In this document: positions 20,543 through 32,400 of the stretch, piece by piece | Layout of the letters: the number at the start of each line of letters is the position of its first letter | How positions within the stretch are numbered: position 1 is the first letter of the stretch | Origin: Methylococcales bacterium | GTDB taxonomy: Bacteria; Pseudomonadota; Gammaproteobacteria; Methylococcales; JAZGGE01 | NCBI GenBank assembly: GCA_036480195.1 | Contig: JAZGGE010000155.1 | Span: 1-59,156, forward strand | Reading direction: 5' to 3' | Length of the DNA: 59,156 nucleotides | The notes under the pieces: generated by a model | Databases searched by the model: none | Told to the model about the DNA's origin: nothing | What the model saw: the letters and a program-made list of their open reading frames with translations, nothing else | Position numbers and translations under genes: made by a program

Positions 20543-20669
20543 TCGTATTATATTATTAGACTTGGAAAATGACGACCATTTAATAACCAAAATATTTTGA
20601 CCTGAATAAAATTTAGACTGAATTACAAAAATAACTAATCAAATTAAACATTCACCATGAGATTTCTAT

Positions 20670-21419
20670 ATGAAGATATTAGTAGCAGTTAAACGATTGA
20701 TCGACTTCAACGTCAAGGTACGTGTGAAGGCTGATAATAGTGGCGTCGAAATGACGAACGTCAAAATGTCCATGAATCCATTTGATGAGATTGCAGTTGA
20801 AGAAGCCTTGCGGCTTAAAGAAGCTGGCAAGGCTGATGAAGTCGTCATCGTCTCTCTTGGTGAAAAAAAATGTCAGGAAACCATCCGTACAGCTTTGGCG
20901 ATGGGTGCTGATCGAGGTATTCATGTTGAAACAGATACTGAACTGCAAACTCTGGCCGTAGCCAAGTTACTCAAAGCAGTGGTCGAGAAAGAATCGCCAG
21001 AACTCGTGTTGCTGGGTAAACAAGCCATAGATAATGACTGTAACCAGACGGGTCAAATGTTATCGGCCTTATTAGGCTGGCCACAGGGTACATTTGCTTC
21101 GAAACTTACTCTTGCTGATAACGGGATTGAAGTAACTCGTGAATTAGATGGTGGTCTGGAAACTATTATGTTGAATTTACCGGCTATTGTCACCACTGAT
21201 CTGCGTCTCAATGAACCTCGTTATGCCTCTTTGCCAAATATTATGAAAGCGAAGAAAAAACCATTGGAAACAATGACTCCAGAAGAACTTGGAGTCGATG
21301 CAAGTCCACGTATTGAAACTCTGAAAGTAGAAGAACCTGCGGTAAGAAGTGCTGGAATACTTGTTGAAAGTGTAGCCGATCTTGTTAACAAACTCAGAAA
21401 CGAAGCGAAGGTGATCTAA
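20670..21419 (+). CDS. etfB: Electron transfer flavoprotein, beta subunit
   Basis: 249 aa. [21 protein letters not shown]-terminus is typical of EtfB. Its stop TAA abuts the etfA ATG. Confidence 0.92.
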   Translation: MKILVAVKRLIDFNVKVRVKADNSGVEMTNVKMSMNPFDEIAVEEALRLKEAGKADEVVIVSLGEKKCQETIRTALAMGADRGIHVETDTELQTLAVAKLLKAVVEKESPELVLLGKQAIDNDCNQTGQMLSALLGWPQGTFASKLTLADNGIEVTRELDGGLETIMLNLPAIVTTDLRLNEPRYASLPNIMKAKKKPLETMTPEELGVDASPRIETLKVEEPAVRSAGILVESVADLVNKLRNEAKVI

Positions 21420-22361
21420 ATGAGCGTACTAGTTATAGCAGAACACACAAATACAGCAGTACAAACATCCACCTTAAATACGCTGGCTGCGGCTAAAGCT
21501 TTAGGCTCGGACATTACCGTTCTGGTTGCTGGCTTTCAGTGTCAGGCTGTTGCTGATCAACTTGCTCAGACAGAATCGGTTTCTAATGTCTTGTTGGTTA
21601 ACGATGCAGGTTACGAACATGATCTGGCTGAAAATCTTGCAAGCCTGATCGTTGGTATAGCGAAAGACTATAGCCATATTCTCGCTCCGGCTTCAACTTT
21701 CGGCAAAAACTTTATGCCACGAGCGGCAGCGTTATTAGATGTTGCTCCTCTATCTGACATTACCCAGATCGTTTCAGAAGATACCTTCGTTCGTCCTGTC
21801 TACGCTGGCAATGTTATGGCTACGGTAAAATGTAGCGAGTCTGTAAAACTGATCACGGTTAGAACGACCGCTTTTGATCCCGTTGCTACAGAAGGTGGAA
21901 GTGCATCCATCGAATCTGTCGAAGCACCTGCCGACTCCGGTCTATCCCGATACGTCAGTGCAGAACTGAGTGTTTCAGAACGACCGGAATTGACTTCTGC
22001 TAGCGTTGTGATCTCTGGCGGTCGTGGAATGCAAAACGGTGAAAACTTTATATTACTGGAAGAAATCGCGGATAAACTTGGTGCTGCAATTGGTGCATCT
22101 CGTGCTGCAGTCGATGCCGGTTTTGTTCCTAATGATTACCAGGTTGGACAAACGGGGAAAGTCGTTGCACCTGATCTGTATATTGCCGTCGGTATTTCTG
22201 GTGCGATCCAGCATCTTGCCGGCATGAAAGACAGTAAAATTATCGTTGCGATCAATAAAGATGAAGAAGCACCTATTTTTCAGGTGGCTGATTATGGTTT
22301 GGTCGCTGATCTATTTCAGGCATTGCCAGAATTATCAGCAGAACTGGATAAGCTTTCTTAA
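21420..22361 (+). CDS. etfA: Electron transfer flavoprotein, alpha subunit
   Basis: 313 aa. C-terminal FAD-binding block [46 protein letters not shown]. Confidence 0.92.
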   Translation: MSVLVIAEHTNTAVQTSTLNTLAAAKALGSDITVLVAGFQCQAVADQLAQTESVSNVLLVNDAGYEHDLAENLASLIVGIAKDYSHILAPASTFGKNFMPRAAALLDVAPLSDITQIVSEDTFVRPVYAGNVMATVKCSESVKLITVRTTAFDPVATEGGSASIESVEAPADSGLSRYVSAELSVSERPELTSASVVISGGRGMQNGENFILLEEIADKLGAAIGASRAAVDAGFVPNDYQVGQTGKVVAPDLYIAVGISGAIQHLAGMKDSKIIVAINKDEEAPIFQVADYGLVADLFQALPELSAELDKLS

Positions 22362-22422
22362 AAAATTCCAACTATCAATTCTGAAATTACTTTAATCACC
22401 AAATTCCAGAGGTAAAGGTGAA

Positions 22423-24204
22423 ATGACAATATATACTGCTCCCATTCGTGAAATGGAATTCGTGCTTAATGAAATCGCTGACCTACCAGCGATCGCTGAA
22501 CTTCCTGGCTACGAAGAAGCTACCGAAGATCTTGTCAGCGCTATCCTTGAAGAGTCTGGCAAATTTTCTACTGAACTCCTTGCACCGATCAACCAACAAG
22601 GTGATATTCAGGGATCAAAACTTCAGGATGGAAAAGTGATCACTCCGGATGGTTGGAAAGAAGCTTATACGGCCTATGTTGAAGGTGGTTGGGGAACGCT
22701 GACTTTTTCAGAAGACGATGGTGGTCAGGGCTTGCCAAAAATATTGTCCGTCGCTGTCCATGAAATGTGGGATTCAGCAAATACTGCTTTCAGTTTATGC
22801 CCGATGCTGACACAAGGTGCGATCAACGCCCTGCTCTCCCATGGAACACAGGAATTAAAGGATCTACTCATTCCGAAACTGATCACAGGTGAATGGTCAG
22901 GCACGATGAACCTGACAGAACCACAGGCTGGTTCTGATTTAAGTGCGGTGCGAACCAAAGCCGTGCCTGAAGGTGAACACTATCTGATCACTGGTCAGAA
23001 AATTTTTATTACATACGGTGATCAAGATCTGACTGAGAATATCATCCACCTGGTTCTGGCACGAGTGCCCGGAGCACCAGAAGGTGTGAAAGGTATTTCT
23101 CTTTTCCTTGTACCTAAAGTCAAGCTGGATTCAGATGGAAACCTACTGGATCAAAACGATGTAGTCTGTACATCACTTGAACACAAGATGGGCATTCATG
23201 GCAGCCCTACTGCCGTACTGTCATTTGGTGATAATGGTGGTGCTGAAGGTTATCTTGTTGGCGAGGAAAATAAAGGCCTGATCTACATGTTCACCATGAT
23301 GAACGCAGCACGACTTGCGGTTGGACTGGAAGGACTTGGTCTCGCCGAACGAGCTTATCAACAGGCACGCGACTATGCGAAAGAACGAGTACAGGGTCAA
23401 CCGATCGGTATTCCTGGTGATAAAACTGCGATCATAGAACACCCTGATGTCAGACGAATGCTGATGACCATGAAATCACAAATCGAGGCGATGCGTTGCC
23501 TGGCCTATTACACAAATGGTCTGCTCGATAAAGCATCACATTCAACAGATAAAGAAGTTGGTAAAAAATACTATTCGTTGACAGAATTATTAACGCCAGT
23601 CGTCAAAGGCTGGTGTACCGAAACCGCTGTTGATGTCACTTCTATCGGTGTACAAATTCATGGTGGTGTTGGATATATTGAGGAAACTGGCGCAGCCCAA
23701 CATCTACGGGATGCTCGTATCACTCCAATTTATGAAGGAACAACCGCGATACAGGCAAATGCTTTGCTGGGAAGAAAAATTCTGCATGATAAAGGTGAAA
23801 CAATGCAGGGTCTGATCGAATCAATGCAAGCTCTTTCAGCAGGATTAACGCATGAAAATCTGGCTGTTATCCGTGACAATCTAAACACTGGAATCGAACA
23901 ATTATCACACGGCGTTGACTGGGTGCTTAAAGCACAGGAAGAAAATCCTCGATTACCGGCAGCCGCTTCTGTTTTACTTTTAGAACTAACAGGTATTGTT
24001 ACTGCTGGATGGCTTATGGCTAAATCAGCCAAAGTTGCACAAGAAAAACTTGATAGCAATGATTCTGAAGCCAGTTTTTATTCAGCGAAAGTCGTCACTG
24101 CCGATTTTTATGCCCGACATATAATGCCAAGATCGCACGGTCTTATCGCAGCAATACTGCATGGCTCTGAAGCTACCTTAGCGTTTGAGCTTGATCAATT
24201 TTAG
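22423..24204 (+). CDS. Long-form acyl-CoA dehydrogenase (with C-terminal extension domain)
   Basis: 593 aa. ACAD core (LTEPQAGSDL, IFITYG, GGVGYIEETG...RDARITPIYEGTT) plus a ~150-aa C-terminal helical extension. GGTG/AGG-rich ribosome-binding site before the ATG. Confidence 0.88.
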   Translation: MTIYTAPIREMEFVLNEIADLPAIAELPGYEEATEDLVSAILEESGKFSTELLAPINQQGDIQGSKLQDGKVITPDGWKEAYTAYVEGGWGTLTFSEDDGGQGLPKILSVAVHEMWDSANTAFSLCPMLTQGAINALLSHGTQELKDLLIPKLITGEWSGTMNLTEPQAGSDLSAVRTKAVPEGEHYLITGQKIFITYGDQDLTENIIHLVLARVPGAPEGVKGISLFLVPKVKLDSDGNLLDQNDVVCTSLEHKMGIHGSPTAVLSFGDNGGAEGYLVGEENKGLIYMFTMMNAARLAVGLEGLGLAERAYQQARDYAKERVQGQPIGIPGDKTAIIEHPDVRRMLMTMKSQIEAMRCLAYYTNGLLDKASHSTDKEVGKKYYSLTELLTPVVKGWCTETAVDVTSIGVQIHGGVGYIEETGAAQHLRDARITPIYEGTTAIQANALLGRKILHDKGETMQGLIESMQALSAGLTHENLAVIRDNLNTGIEQLSHGVDWVLKAQEENPRLPAAASVLLLELTGIVTAGWLMAKSAKVAQEKLDSNDSEASFYSAKVVTADFYARHIMPRSHGLIAAILHGSEATLAFELDQF

Positions 24205-24250
24205 ATCGCGCGCTCCTCGGACTAAAATAAGCGAACAACAAGTTGATCGG

Positions 24251-24694
24251 TTATTTTCTTAACGCAAAATAGTCGCCACTAAAACTAACAGCAGCAGCTT
24301 CATTACACTCAATCCTTGCTAATAAATTCAATCGAGATTTTCCATGGGAACCTAATCGTTTCAAAAAAGCATCGACTAATTCTGGTTCTGGCATATCGCA
24401 TTGCGCAACAATCTCTGTCACCACTGGTTTCAGGTATCGGATCTGACTTTCAGATGCGACGACATTATAGTTGCCATCCTGCCTTTCAACAATATGGCTA
24501 ACAAGCGCCCAGCCTGACAATGTAGTCAAAGTCGCAAGCGCACCAGCAAAACCCGTATTTTTATCATTCTTATTGACAGACAACGGAGCACTAAGCGTAA
24601 TTCCCGTATCATCCGCTCGTACCACAGAGACTTCCATAGCACGAGTTAACGGAATCTCCCGATGCAGAAAAAGCTCTAGTTCTTCTCTGGTCAT
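24251..24694 (-). CDS. Hotdog-fold thioesterase (YiiD C-terminal-domain-like)
   Basis: 147 aa. IPLTRAMEVSV...LSAPLSVNKNDKNTGFAGALATLTTLSGWA resembles the YiiD_C putative thioesterase family. 9 bp downstream of ETF-QO. Confidence 0.6.
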   Translation of the reverse strand: MTREELELFLHREIPLTRAMEVSVVRADDTGITLSAPLSVNKNDKNTGFAGALATLTTLSGWALVSHIVERQDGNYNVVASESQIRYLKPVVTEIVAQCDMPEPELVDAFLKRLGSHGKSRLNLLARIECNEAAAVSFSGDYFALRK

Positions 24695-24703
24695 AAAAGA
24701 AGA

Positions 24704-26335
24704 TTACATGTTCGGATAGTTTGGTCCGCCCGAACCTTCCGGTGGTGTCCAGTTAATATTTTGCGACGGGTCTTTGATGTCGCATGTTTTACAATGCACA
24801 CAATTGGCCGCATTGATCTGTAAACGTGCGTTCGAGCCATCCGGATCTGTGAGGATTTCATAGACGCCTGCGGGACAATAGCGCTGCTCCGGTGCATCGA
24901 ATTTTGCCAAATTATAATCAATCGCCACTGCTGGATCAGTTAATACTAAATGGCCAGGCTGATCTTCTTCGTGACTGGTTCCCGAAAGCTGTACAGAAGA
25001 GAGCTTATCAAAACTGATCTTGCCATCCGGTATTGGGTAATCAATTGGCTGATAGTTTTCTTTCGGTTTAAGCTGTTCATGATCGGCATGATGATGCAAT
25101 GTCCAGGGTGCTTTGCCACGTAGCAAATAAGTATCCAGACCACCATAGACGAGACCTGCCCACATACCTTTAGCAAAGGCAGGACGAATATTCCTGACCG
25201 ACTTTAACTCGCTCCAGATCCAGCTATCTTTCACCGAGTCTGAATAAGCCTGTAACTCCTTCTTGCTTTCAGTTTGCAATGCGTCAAAAACAGCTTCAGC
25301 CGCAAGCATTCCTGATTTCATCGCTGTATGTGAACCTTTGATCTTGGCTACATTCAGGAAGCCAGCTGCATCGCCGATCAATGCACCACCCGGAAATGTC
25401 AGTTTCGGTATCGACTGAAACCCGCCTTCGTTCAGGGCTCTTGCACCATAGGAAATTCGTCGTCCATCCTCAAAAACTGATCTGATCGATGGATGCATTT
25501 TGAAACGCTGGAATTCATCGAAAGGACTTAGGTAAGGATTTTCATAGTCAAGACCGATCACAAAACCTACCGCCACCTGATTTTCTTCCAGATGATAAAG
25601 AAATGAACCACCGTAAGTTTTTTGATCTAGCGGCCAACCAAGTGTATGAATCACGCTACCTGGTTTATGATTATCCGGAGAGACTTCCCACAATTCTTTT
25701 ATACCGATCCCATAGGTTTGTGGATCGACACCATCACGCAAATTAAACTTTTCCATTATGGCTTTGCTGAGAGATCCTCGACAACCTTCCGCTAACAATG
25801 TTTGTTTCGCCCGCAATTCTATACCTTGCTGATAATTTTCAGTTTGCTCACCTTGCTTATTGATACCCATATCACCTGTAGCAATACCCGCCACATTTTC
25901 ATCAGCATCATAAAGAACTTCTGTCGCTGCAAAACCTGGATAGATTTCAATGTCCAGCTCCTCAGCCTGCTCTCCTAACCAGCGACATAAATTCCCGAGG
26001 CTAATAATATAATTACCTTCATTTTGCATTTGTGGAGGTGTGGGCAATCGAAAAGATTTATTTTCCGTCAGGAAAAGAAACTGATCATCTGTAACAGGAG
26101 TATGCAGCGGTGCGCCCATTTCTTTCCAGTCAGGCAACAGCTCGGTTAACGTTTTTGGTTCAAGTACTGCTCCGGAAAGAATGTGTGCGCCGACTTCTGA
26201 TCCTTTCTCGACAATACAAACATTAACTTCCTTCTCTTGATCCACAGCAAGTTGCTTAAGTCGTATAGCAGCAGCAAGACCTGATGGTCCAGCTCCGACT
26301 ATAACAACATCGTAGTCCATAAAATCACGTTCCAT
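24704..26335 (-). CDS. Electron transfer flavoprotein-ubiquinone oxidoreductase
   Basis: 543 aa. [23 protein letters not shown] fold and a C-terminal 4Fe-4S region [36 protein letters not shown]. Confidence 0.92.
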   Translation of the reverse strand: MERDFMDYDVVIVGAGPSGLAAAIRLKQLAVDQEKEVNVCIVEKGSEVGAHILSGAVLEPKTLTELLPDWKEMGAPLHTPVTDDQFLFLTENKSFRLPTPPQMQNEGNYIISLGNLCRWLGEQAEELDIEIYPGFAATEVLYDADENVAGIATGDMGINKQGEQTENYQQGIELRAKQTLLAEGCRGSLSKAIMEKFNLRDGVDPQTYGIGIKELWEVSPDNHKPGSVIHTLGWPLDQKTYGGSFLYHLEENQVAVGFVIGLDYENPYLSPFDEFQRFKMHPSIRSVFEDGRRISYGARALNEGGFQSIPKLTFPGGALIGDAAGFLNVAKIKGSHTAMKSGMLAAEAVFDALQTESKKELQAYSDSVKDSWIWSELKSVRNIRPAFAKGMWAGLVYGGLDTYLLRGKAPWTLHHHADHEQLKPKENYQPIDYPIPDGKISFDKLSSVQLSGTSHEEDQPGHLVLTDPAVAIDYNLAKFDAPEQRYCPAGVYEILTDPDGSNARLQINAANCVHCKTCDIKDPSQNINWTPPEGSGGPNYPNM

Positions 26336-26377
26336 CTTTTTATCCTTAATTTGTATCGTGAGTAATCTTGCTTATTA

Positions 26378-26926
26378 TTATTTACTAATAAAATGCTTTG
26401 GCCAAAGCCGTTCAACAACCGGACTATCCGTAGCATAGGCATGACAGGTACTCAGCAAAGAAGGTTTCTCTATTATTTCTGTATTATTAAGTTCTTTAGT
26501 TTTAAGTGGATAGATGGTTTGAAATGCCGTGATGGCAATCGGCGTTAATAGATCCACTAAATGTGTACAACCGTTCACCCCGCCCACGGCTTTTTGTACA
26601 CTACGCCGCCAACCTGATTTAATCTGAAGTCCAATCAATTTTTTATAATTATCAACGATAGCAGGGCAAATATTAAAGGGCCCCCAGTCTGTTACAGCTT
26701 CGACATCATGAATCATAAACTCATCATCCAACGTTAACCGTAACCACATTTCATGAAGCGGTGTTCCAGGTTCTATTGTTCCACGATCGTGGTTATCAAA
26801 TTTATAGCTTTTGGTATCGACCAGATGACCCTCAATATCCCACAGACCATCCTCGCGCAAATAGCTATAACAATTAATTTCCCGATGATGCATTGGTTCT
26901 CTTTTAATTGATGTTGATAATGGCAT
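26378..26926 (-). CDS. DUF2889-family protein
   Basis: 182 aa. HEMWLRLTLDD...IHDVEA and GGVNGCTHLVDLL blocks as I recall for DUF2889. 42 bp upstream of ETF-QO on the same strand. Confidence 0.55.
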   Translation of the reverse strand: MPLSTSIKREPMHHREINCYSYLREDGLWDIEGHLVDTKSYKFDNHDRGTIEPGTPLHEMWLRLTLDDEFMIHDVEAVTDWGPFNICPAIVDNYKKLIGLQIKSGWRRSVQKAVGGVNGCTHLVDLLTPIAITAFQTIYPLKTKELNNTEIIEKPSLLSTCHAYATDSPVVERLWPKHFISK

Positions 26927-27229
26927 TGTTACCTTCTAGATTTAATGATTAGGAAATTTAATTTTTTATTCGCATTGGTTGAGCACGACCGCATTTTCTT
27001 CCTTTGAATAGAAGGAATCAATCTCCTAAAAGCTTCAGAATCACGTATGCAATAATTATTTTTTAGAGTTCGATATAAGATTGTAAGGCCATCAGAGAAT
27101 GGTGTCACCCACAGACACGATTATTGGTCGTGCACAATGTATGAGCAGAACCAATAATAGTGATGCCTTGTACTGTGACAGGTTTTCATCTTATCAGCTT
27201 CAATTCAGTGTGAGCACTAGCCAGGATGT

Positions 27230-27664
27230 TTACTCAGGCACGGTTTCCCCGGAACCACCCATCTCGACAGGCAGATCCTTCATCTTGGGCAAGCCATCTT
27301 TCACACTCAATACCTTCTCAGAATAGAAGACATGCAATTGTGGCTCAAACGGAAGATTTGGGAGTACCGCCGTATAGACATCTGTGAGACCCATATCCGG
27401 ATGCTCTGACATAATATGTCCACCGCAAGTTTTGCACCATTTACGATAAGAATTATTAGTCTTATTGTAGATTTTGATATTTTCGATGCCCTGCGTGACG
27501 GTTACAGATTTCGAATCCCATAAGCTAAATGCATTTACCGGACCCGCAGACCACAACCGACAATCTTCACAATGGCAGTAGCCCATACCGGCCGGTTCGC
27601 CACTGACCGTCAATTGTACTGCGCCACAAAAACAACTCCCTTTGTATATGTTGATCTCACTCAT
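27230..27664 (-). CDS. GFA-family (glutathione-dependent formaldehyde-activating / CENP-V-like) zinc protein
   Basis: Cys pattern GSCFCGAV...GYCHCEDCR...WCKTCGGHI. I prefer the ATG at 27664 (MSEINIYKG), which overlaps the upstream stop as ATGAGTGA. Confidence 0.75.
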   Translation of the reverse strand: MSEINIYKGSCFCGAVQLTVSGEPAGMGYCHCEDCRLWSAGPVNAFSLWDSKSVTVTQGIENIKIYNKTNNSYRKWCKTCGGHIMSEHPDMGLTDVYTAVLPNLPFEPQLHVFYSEKVLSVKDGLPKMKDLPVEMGGSGETVPE

Positions 27665-28523
27665 TAGAATCTCCTGCCATAAGTCTAAAACTGCCGGTTC
27701 TGACCGCATTTCTACGTTGCGTCAGTAGATCCAGAACCTGTTGTTCTGTGTCGTCTAAAACCACTGTTAATCCGGGTTTGACACCCTCTTCAGATGCTTC
27801 AAAAGCTTTCATAGTATTGCAGATCATGCCATCAAGACGTACTCCCAGGCCTCTGATCTTGATCATGTTTCCCCAGTCAGCAAACATCTCCAGAGTCAGC
27901 TCACAAGCGGTGATGATAAACAGTATTTTCTTGTCCGGATGTTGATGAGTTAACTCAAACATTTTTTCACCGATATAGTGAACGGTTGGAATGACCATAG
28001 GAACCGTTCGCTCGTCAGGCAGGGAGTTCATGCATTTACCGATGAAACATTGACGACAGACCGGATTCTCTGCGTCGTGTATACAATCTTCTGTGAATCG
28101 TTCTGAGGGACATTCGAACGGTTTATGGCAATAGGAAAAACCAACCGCGAGGACTGAATTTTGATCTTGCAGAAGATCATTGAATTCACCTTGACTCTCT
28201 ATCCCGTAAAGAAAAAAATCACCATCACGTTTATAGGCTTTTTTTTTCATATATGACTGAATCATCGAAATGCCATACGTGATCGGTTGTTTTAGAAAAT
28301 ACTTTGGAAAAACACGTTTTTTGTCGTGTTTCATTAAATATGTCATCGCCTTGAAACGTAAATTTTTACGTGTGCTGGAACGAATACCTGGTAGATCAAA
28401 ACGCATTCTTCCAATTTTTAACGGTGCTTTGTTTTTGAGCTCGTTACTTTTCTTATCCCAGGCTGCACTAGCCTCTTCCGAGCTTTTATAACTATCCCAA
28501 AACTTGATTTGTTTAGTTTCCAT
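27657..28523 (-). CDS. Cys-rich DUF116-like protein of unknown function
   Basis: Core block YCHKPFECPSERFTEDCIHDAENPVCRQCFIGKC resembles the C-x-K-P-x-x-C-P...C-x-x-C signature I associate with DUF116. I saw no obvious membrane helices. Start taken at ATG 28523 (METKQIKFWD) rather than the ORF-track start 28589. Confidence 0.5.
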   Translation of the reverse strand: METKQIKFWDSYKSSEEASAAWDKKSNELKNKAPLKIGRMRFDLPGIRSSTRKNLRFKAMTYLMKHDKKRVFPKYFLKQPITYGISMIQSYMKKKAYKRDGDFFLYGIESQGEFNDLLQDQNSVLAVGFSYCHKPFECPSERFTEDCIHDAENPVCRQCFIGKCMNSLPDERTVPMVIPTVHYIGEKMFELTHQHPDKKILFIITACELTLEMFADWGNMIKIRGLGVRLDGMICNTMKAFEASEEGVKPGLTVVLDDTEQQVLDLLTQRRNAVRTGSFRLMAGDSNE

Positions 28524-28643
28524 GTATGAAAGTATAGCGTAGATTATGTTCAATTGAATCCTGCTACACTCTGTACAAGTCACGTTCACAGGATGCTAGA
28601 ATTAGCATCTATATTTTCTTTAATTTACACAGATACAGTGATC

Positions 28644-29411
28644 ATGCGTATTGTCTCCCTCACCTGTTCAAATACTGAAATTGTCTGCTCTCTTGGATGT
28701 GGGCATATGCTGGTGGGGGTTGATGCTGATTCAGATTTTCCTGAAGAAATTGTTTCTAATTTACCACGCGTAGGTCGTGATCTGGATATCGAAACTGAAA
28801 AAGTTACAGCACTAAAACCAGATCTGGTGCTCGCCTCACTGACTGTTCCCGGTCATGAGAAAGTCATCGAGCGGCTGGAAGAAGCCGGATTAAATTATAT
28901 TGCACCAGAACCGGTTTCTCTTGAAGATGTTTATGACAATATTCGCGAGATCGCCGAACTGCTCGACGTGAGTCATCGCGGTGAAACTGTCGTAGAATCT
29001 ATGCGTAGGGAAATCTTCTCCGAGAATAATTCTACCGAAACTAGTCCTTCCATTCTTGTGCAATGGTGGCCAAAACCCGTCATAGCTCCCGGTAAGCAAA
29101 GTTGGGTTAATGACTTGATCAACGCTGCAGGAGCAATCAACCCACTTGGACAACAAGACTGTAAAAGCAAACCCCTGGAAGATCATGAAATTCTGACTTT
29201 CAATCCTGATGCAATTGTCATCAGCTGGTGTGGTGTCAGTCTTGAGAAGTATCGACCAGATGTGATCTATCGAAATGAATCCTGGCAATCTGTGCAGGCA
29301 ATTAAAAACCAGCAGGTACATTGTATTACAGAGGCATTCCTTGGCCGTCCATCACCACGATTGGTTAACGGTTTTAAACAGTTGAAAGGGATTGTTTCAC
29401 TCTTAAACTAA
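28644..29411 (+). CDS. BtuF-like (periplasmic-binding-protein type 2 fold) corrinoid/metal-binding protein lacking a signal peptide
   Basis: From ATG 28644: MRIVSLTCSNTEIVCSLGCGHMLVGVDADSDFPEE...LKPDLVLAS, as in cobalamin-binding BtuF-like proteins. The N-terminus runs straight into the first beta-strand with no hydrophobic leader. Confidence 0.65.
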   Translation: MRIVSLTCSNTEIVCSLGCGHMLVGVDADSDFPEEIVSNLPRVGRDLDIETEKVTALKPDLVLASLTVPGHEKVIERLEEAGLNYIAPEPVSLEDVYDNIREIAELLDVSHRGETVVESMRREIFSENNSTETSPSILVQWWPKPVIAPGKQSWVNDLINAAGAINPLGQQDCKSKPLEDHEILTFNPDAIVISWCGVSLEKYRPDVIYRNESWQSVQAIKNQQVHCITEAFLGRPSPRLVNGFKQLKGIVSLLN

Positions 29412-29440
29412 TAGAATGAACAACCTTCAATAATTCCGGC

Positions 29441-32400
29441 TTACATATTTCGGCGATACTGGCCGCCCACTTCAAAGAAAGTTTCGGTAATCTGCCCAAG
29501 TGAACAATGCTGTACAGCATCCATTAGTACGGCAAAAACATTGTCACCTCTTTGTGCTGCTTCTTTAAGTTTGTTTCTGTAGTGTTGGCTTTGATCTTTA
29601 TGCCTAGCCTGGAAGTCATCTAATCGCGTCAGCTGACTTTGTTTTTCTTCATCTGTTGAACGGGCCAGCTCGATCGTCTTTCCTTCATCTTCTTTTGGAT
29701 TTTCAAAAGTATTAACGCCAACGATGGGTAGATCACCAGTGTGCTTCAGCATCTCATAATGAAGCGATTCATCCTGAATCTTGCCTCGCTGGTAACCCGT
29801 TTCCATCGAACCCAGCACACCGCCGCGTTCTGACATCCGATCAAATTCCTGCAGAACAGCTTCTTCAACCAGGTTAGTTAACTCCTCTACAATAAACGAT
29901 CCCTGAAGTGAGTTTTCATTTTTAGATAAGCCATACTCCTTATTGATGATCAACTGAATCGCCATCGCTCGTCGGACAGATTCTTCGGTTGGCGTGGTGA
30001 TAGCTTCATCATAAGCATTAGTATGCAGGCTATTGCAGTTATCATTAATGGCGATCAGCGCCTGTAAAGTTGTACGAATATCGTTGAAATCCATCTCCTG
30101 AGCATGCAGTGAACGTCCGGATGTCTGGATATGATATTTCAGTTTTTGTCCTCGCTCATTTGCACCATATTTAAAACGCATCGCGGTAGACCAGATCCGG
30201 CGTGCAACCCGACCCATGACGGTATATTCCGGATCCATCCCGTTTGAAAAGAAGAAAGACAGATTTGCGGCAAAATCATCGATGTCCATACCACGTGATA
30301 AATATGTTTCAACAAAGGTGAACCCATTTGCCAAAGTGAATGCAAGTTGAGAAATGGGATTGGCTCCGGCTTCGGCAATATGATAACCAGAAATTGAAAC
30401 TGAATAAAAATTACGGACTTTTTTATGGACGAAATATTCCTGAATATCTCCCATTAATTTAAGGCTGAATTCAGTGGAAAAAATACAGGTGTTCTGGCCT
30501 TGATCTTCTTTAAGGATATCTGCCTGAACTGTTCCACGGACATTTTCCAGAGACCATTCCCTGATCTTTAACATTTCATCATCAGTCGGTGATCTTTTAT
30601 TTTCTTTTTCAAAAATTGCATATTGCTGATCAATAGCCGCATTCAGGTAAAAAGCCAGAACAGTTGGTGCCGGGCCATTAATAGTTAACGAAACTGAAGT
30701 CGATGGCGCACATAGATTAAAACCATCAAACAATACTTTCATATCATCTAGTGTTGCAATCGAGACACCAGAGTTACCAATCTTCCCATAAATATCAGGT
30801 CGCTCGCCCGGATCATTCCCGTATAAAGTGACCGAATCAAACGCCGTTGAAAGACGTGTTGCTTCTGAATTTTTTGAGAGATATTTAAAACGTTTATTGG
30901 ATCGAAAAGCATCACCTTCTCCAGCAAACATTCGAGCCGGATCTTCACCTTCCCGTTTAAATGCGAACACGCCGGCTGTGAAAGGAAAACTACCAGGAAT
31001 ATTTTCTTCCAGTAGAAAGCGCAGGAGCTCACCTTCATCCTCAAATCGTGGCAAAGAAACCTTTGGAATTCTTGTTTCGGACAGAGAATAGTTAGTTATT
31101 TTAGTACGTAATTCTTTTACACGAATATTGACAACGTATTCATCACCAGAATAATCTTTTTTTACCTGTGGCCATATCTCGAGTAATTTCCGGCAACGGG
31201 GATCAAGTCGTTCGTCCCTTTTTTCGATTAGCTCATCAAGATCACTGTTGTCATTACCAGATGCTTCAAGCATCTTTTTCGACTCTTTTAATTGTTGGCG
31301 TTCTCGTGCGATCTTCACCTGTTCAGCTGACATCTTATGATAGCTTCGAACAGCTTCGGAAATTTCCGCCAGATAGCGCTGCCGCTCAGGGGCGATAATG
31401 ACGGTTCGCGTGGTTGAACATTTTGTTTCAACAGGCGGAAAGAAATTACCTTCCCTGTGATTTAGATCTTTACTTTTGAAGAGTTCAACAAGTCCCTGGT
31501 ACAAAGCTGTCACGCCATCATCATTAAACTTTGATGCAATGGTGCCATAAATAGGCAGATCTTCTGGCATGGTGGTAAAAAACTCATTATTACGCTGATA
31601 CTGCTTGCGAACATCCCGCAACGCATCCTGCCCACCTTTTCGATCATATTTATTGATCGCGACAATGTCTGCAAAATCCAGCATATCAATCTTTTCAAGT
31701 TGGCTCGCCGCCCCAAATTCAGGTGTCATTACATACATGGAAGCATTTACATACGAGACAATTCCAGCATCACCCTGACCGATGCCTGGTGTTTCAACAA
31801 TGATCAGATCAAAATCAGAAACCTTGCACAGATCAATAATAGACGTTAATGATTCAGGAACTTCACCCGAGGTGCCACGCGTGGCTATCGAACGGAAATA
31901 AACGTTGGGAACATTCAACGAATTCATTCGAATACGATCACCCAATAATGCACCACCCGTTTTCTGTTTAGTCGGGTCAATGGCAATAATCGCGATCTTG
32001 AGATCTTTTAGATCAAGATTAAAACGACGAATCAATTCGTCCGTCAGGGAAGACTTTCCAGCTCCTCCGGTTCCGGTAATTCCAAGAATCGGTGTTTTTC
32101 CAAATTTTCCAGCCTCTTTTGCGAGGGATTTTAGTCGAACTTCATCAACCTTTCCTTCGTCCAATGCAGTGATCAGACGCGACAGGCTCCTATAACCATT
32201 TTTTTCCAAACCAGTATTTTTTTTGGGGATATCCATTACTGAAAGATCAAAATCAGTTCTTTCAATCATATCGTCAATAATGCCTTGCAACTGCATGGCC
32301 TGACCATCTTCGGGTGAGTAAATACGGGTTACTCCGTATTTTTCAAGCTCGGCAATTTCTTCCGGAACGATCACGCCACCGCCACCACCAAAAACCTTAA

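Noticed and set aside
27099-27326. 75-aa plus-strand ORF overlapping the 3' end of the GFA gene
   Set aside because: It is antisense to a motif-supported gene and has neither a family resemblance nor a ribosome-binding site.
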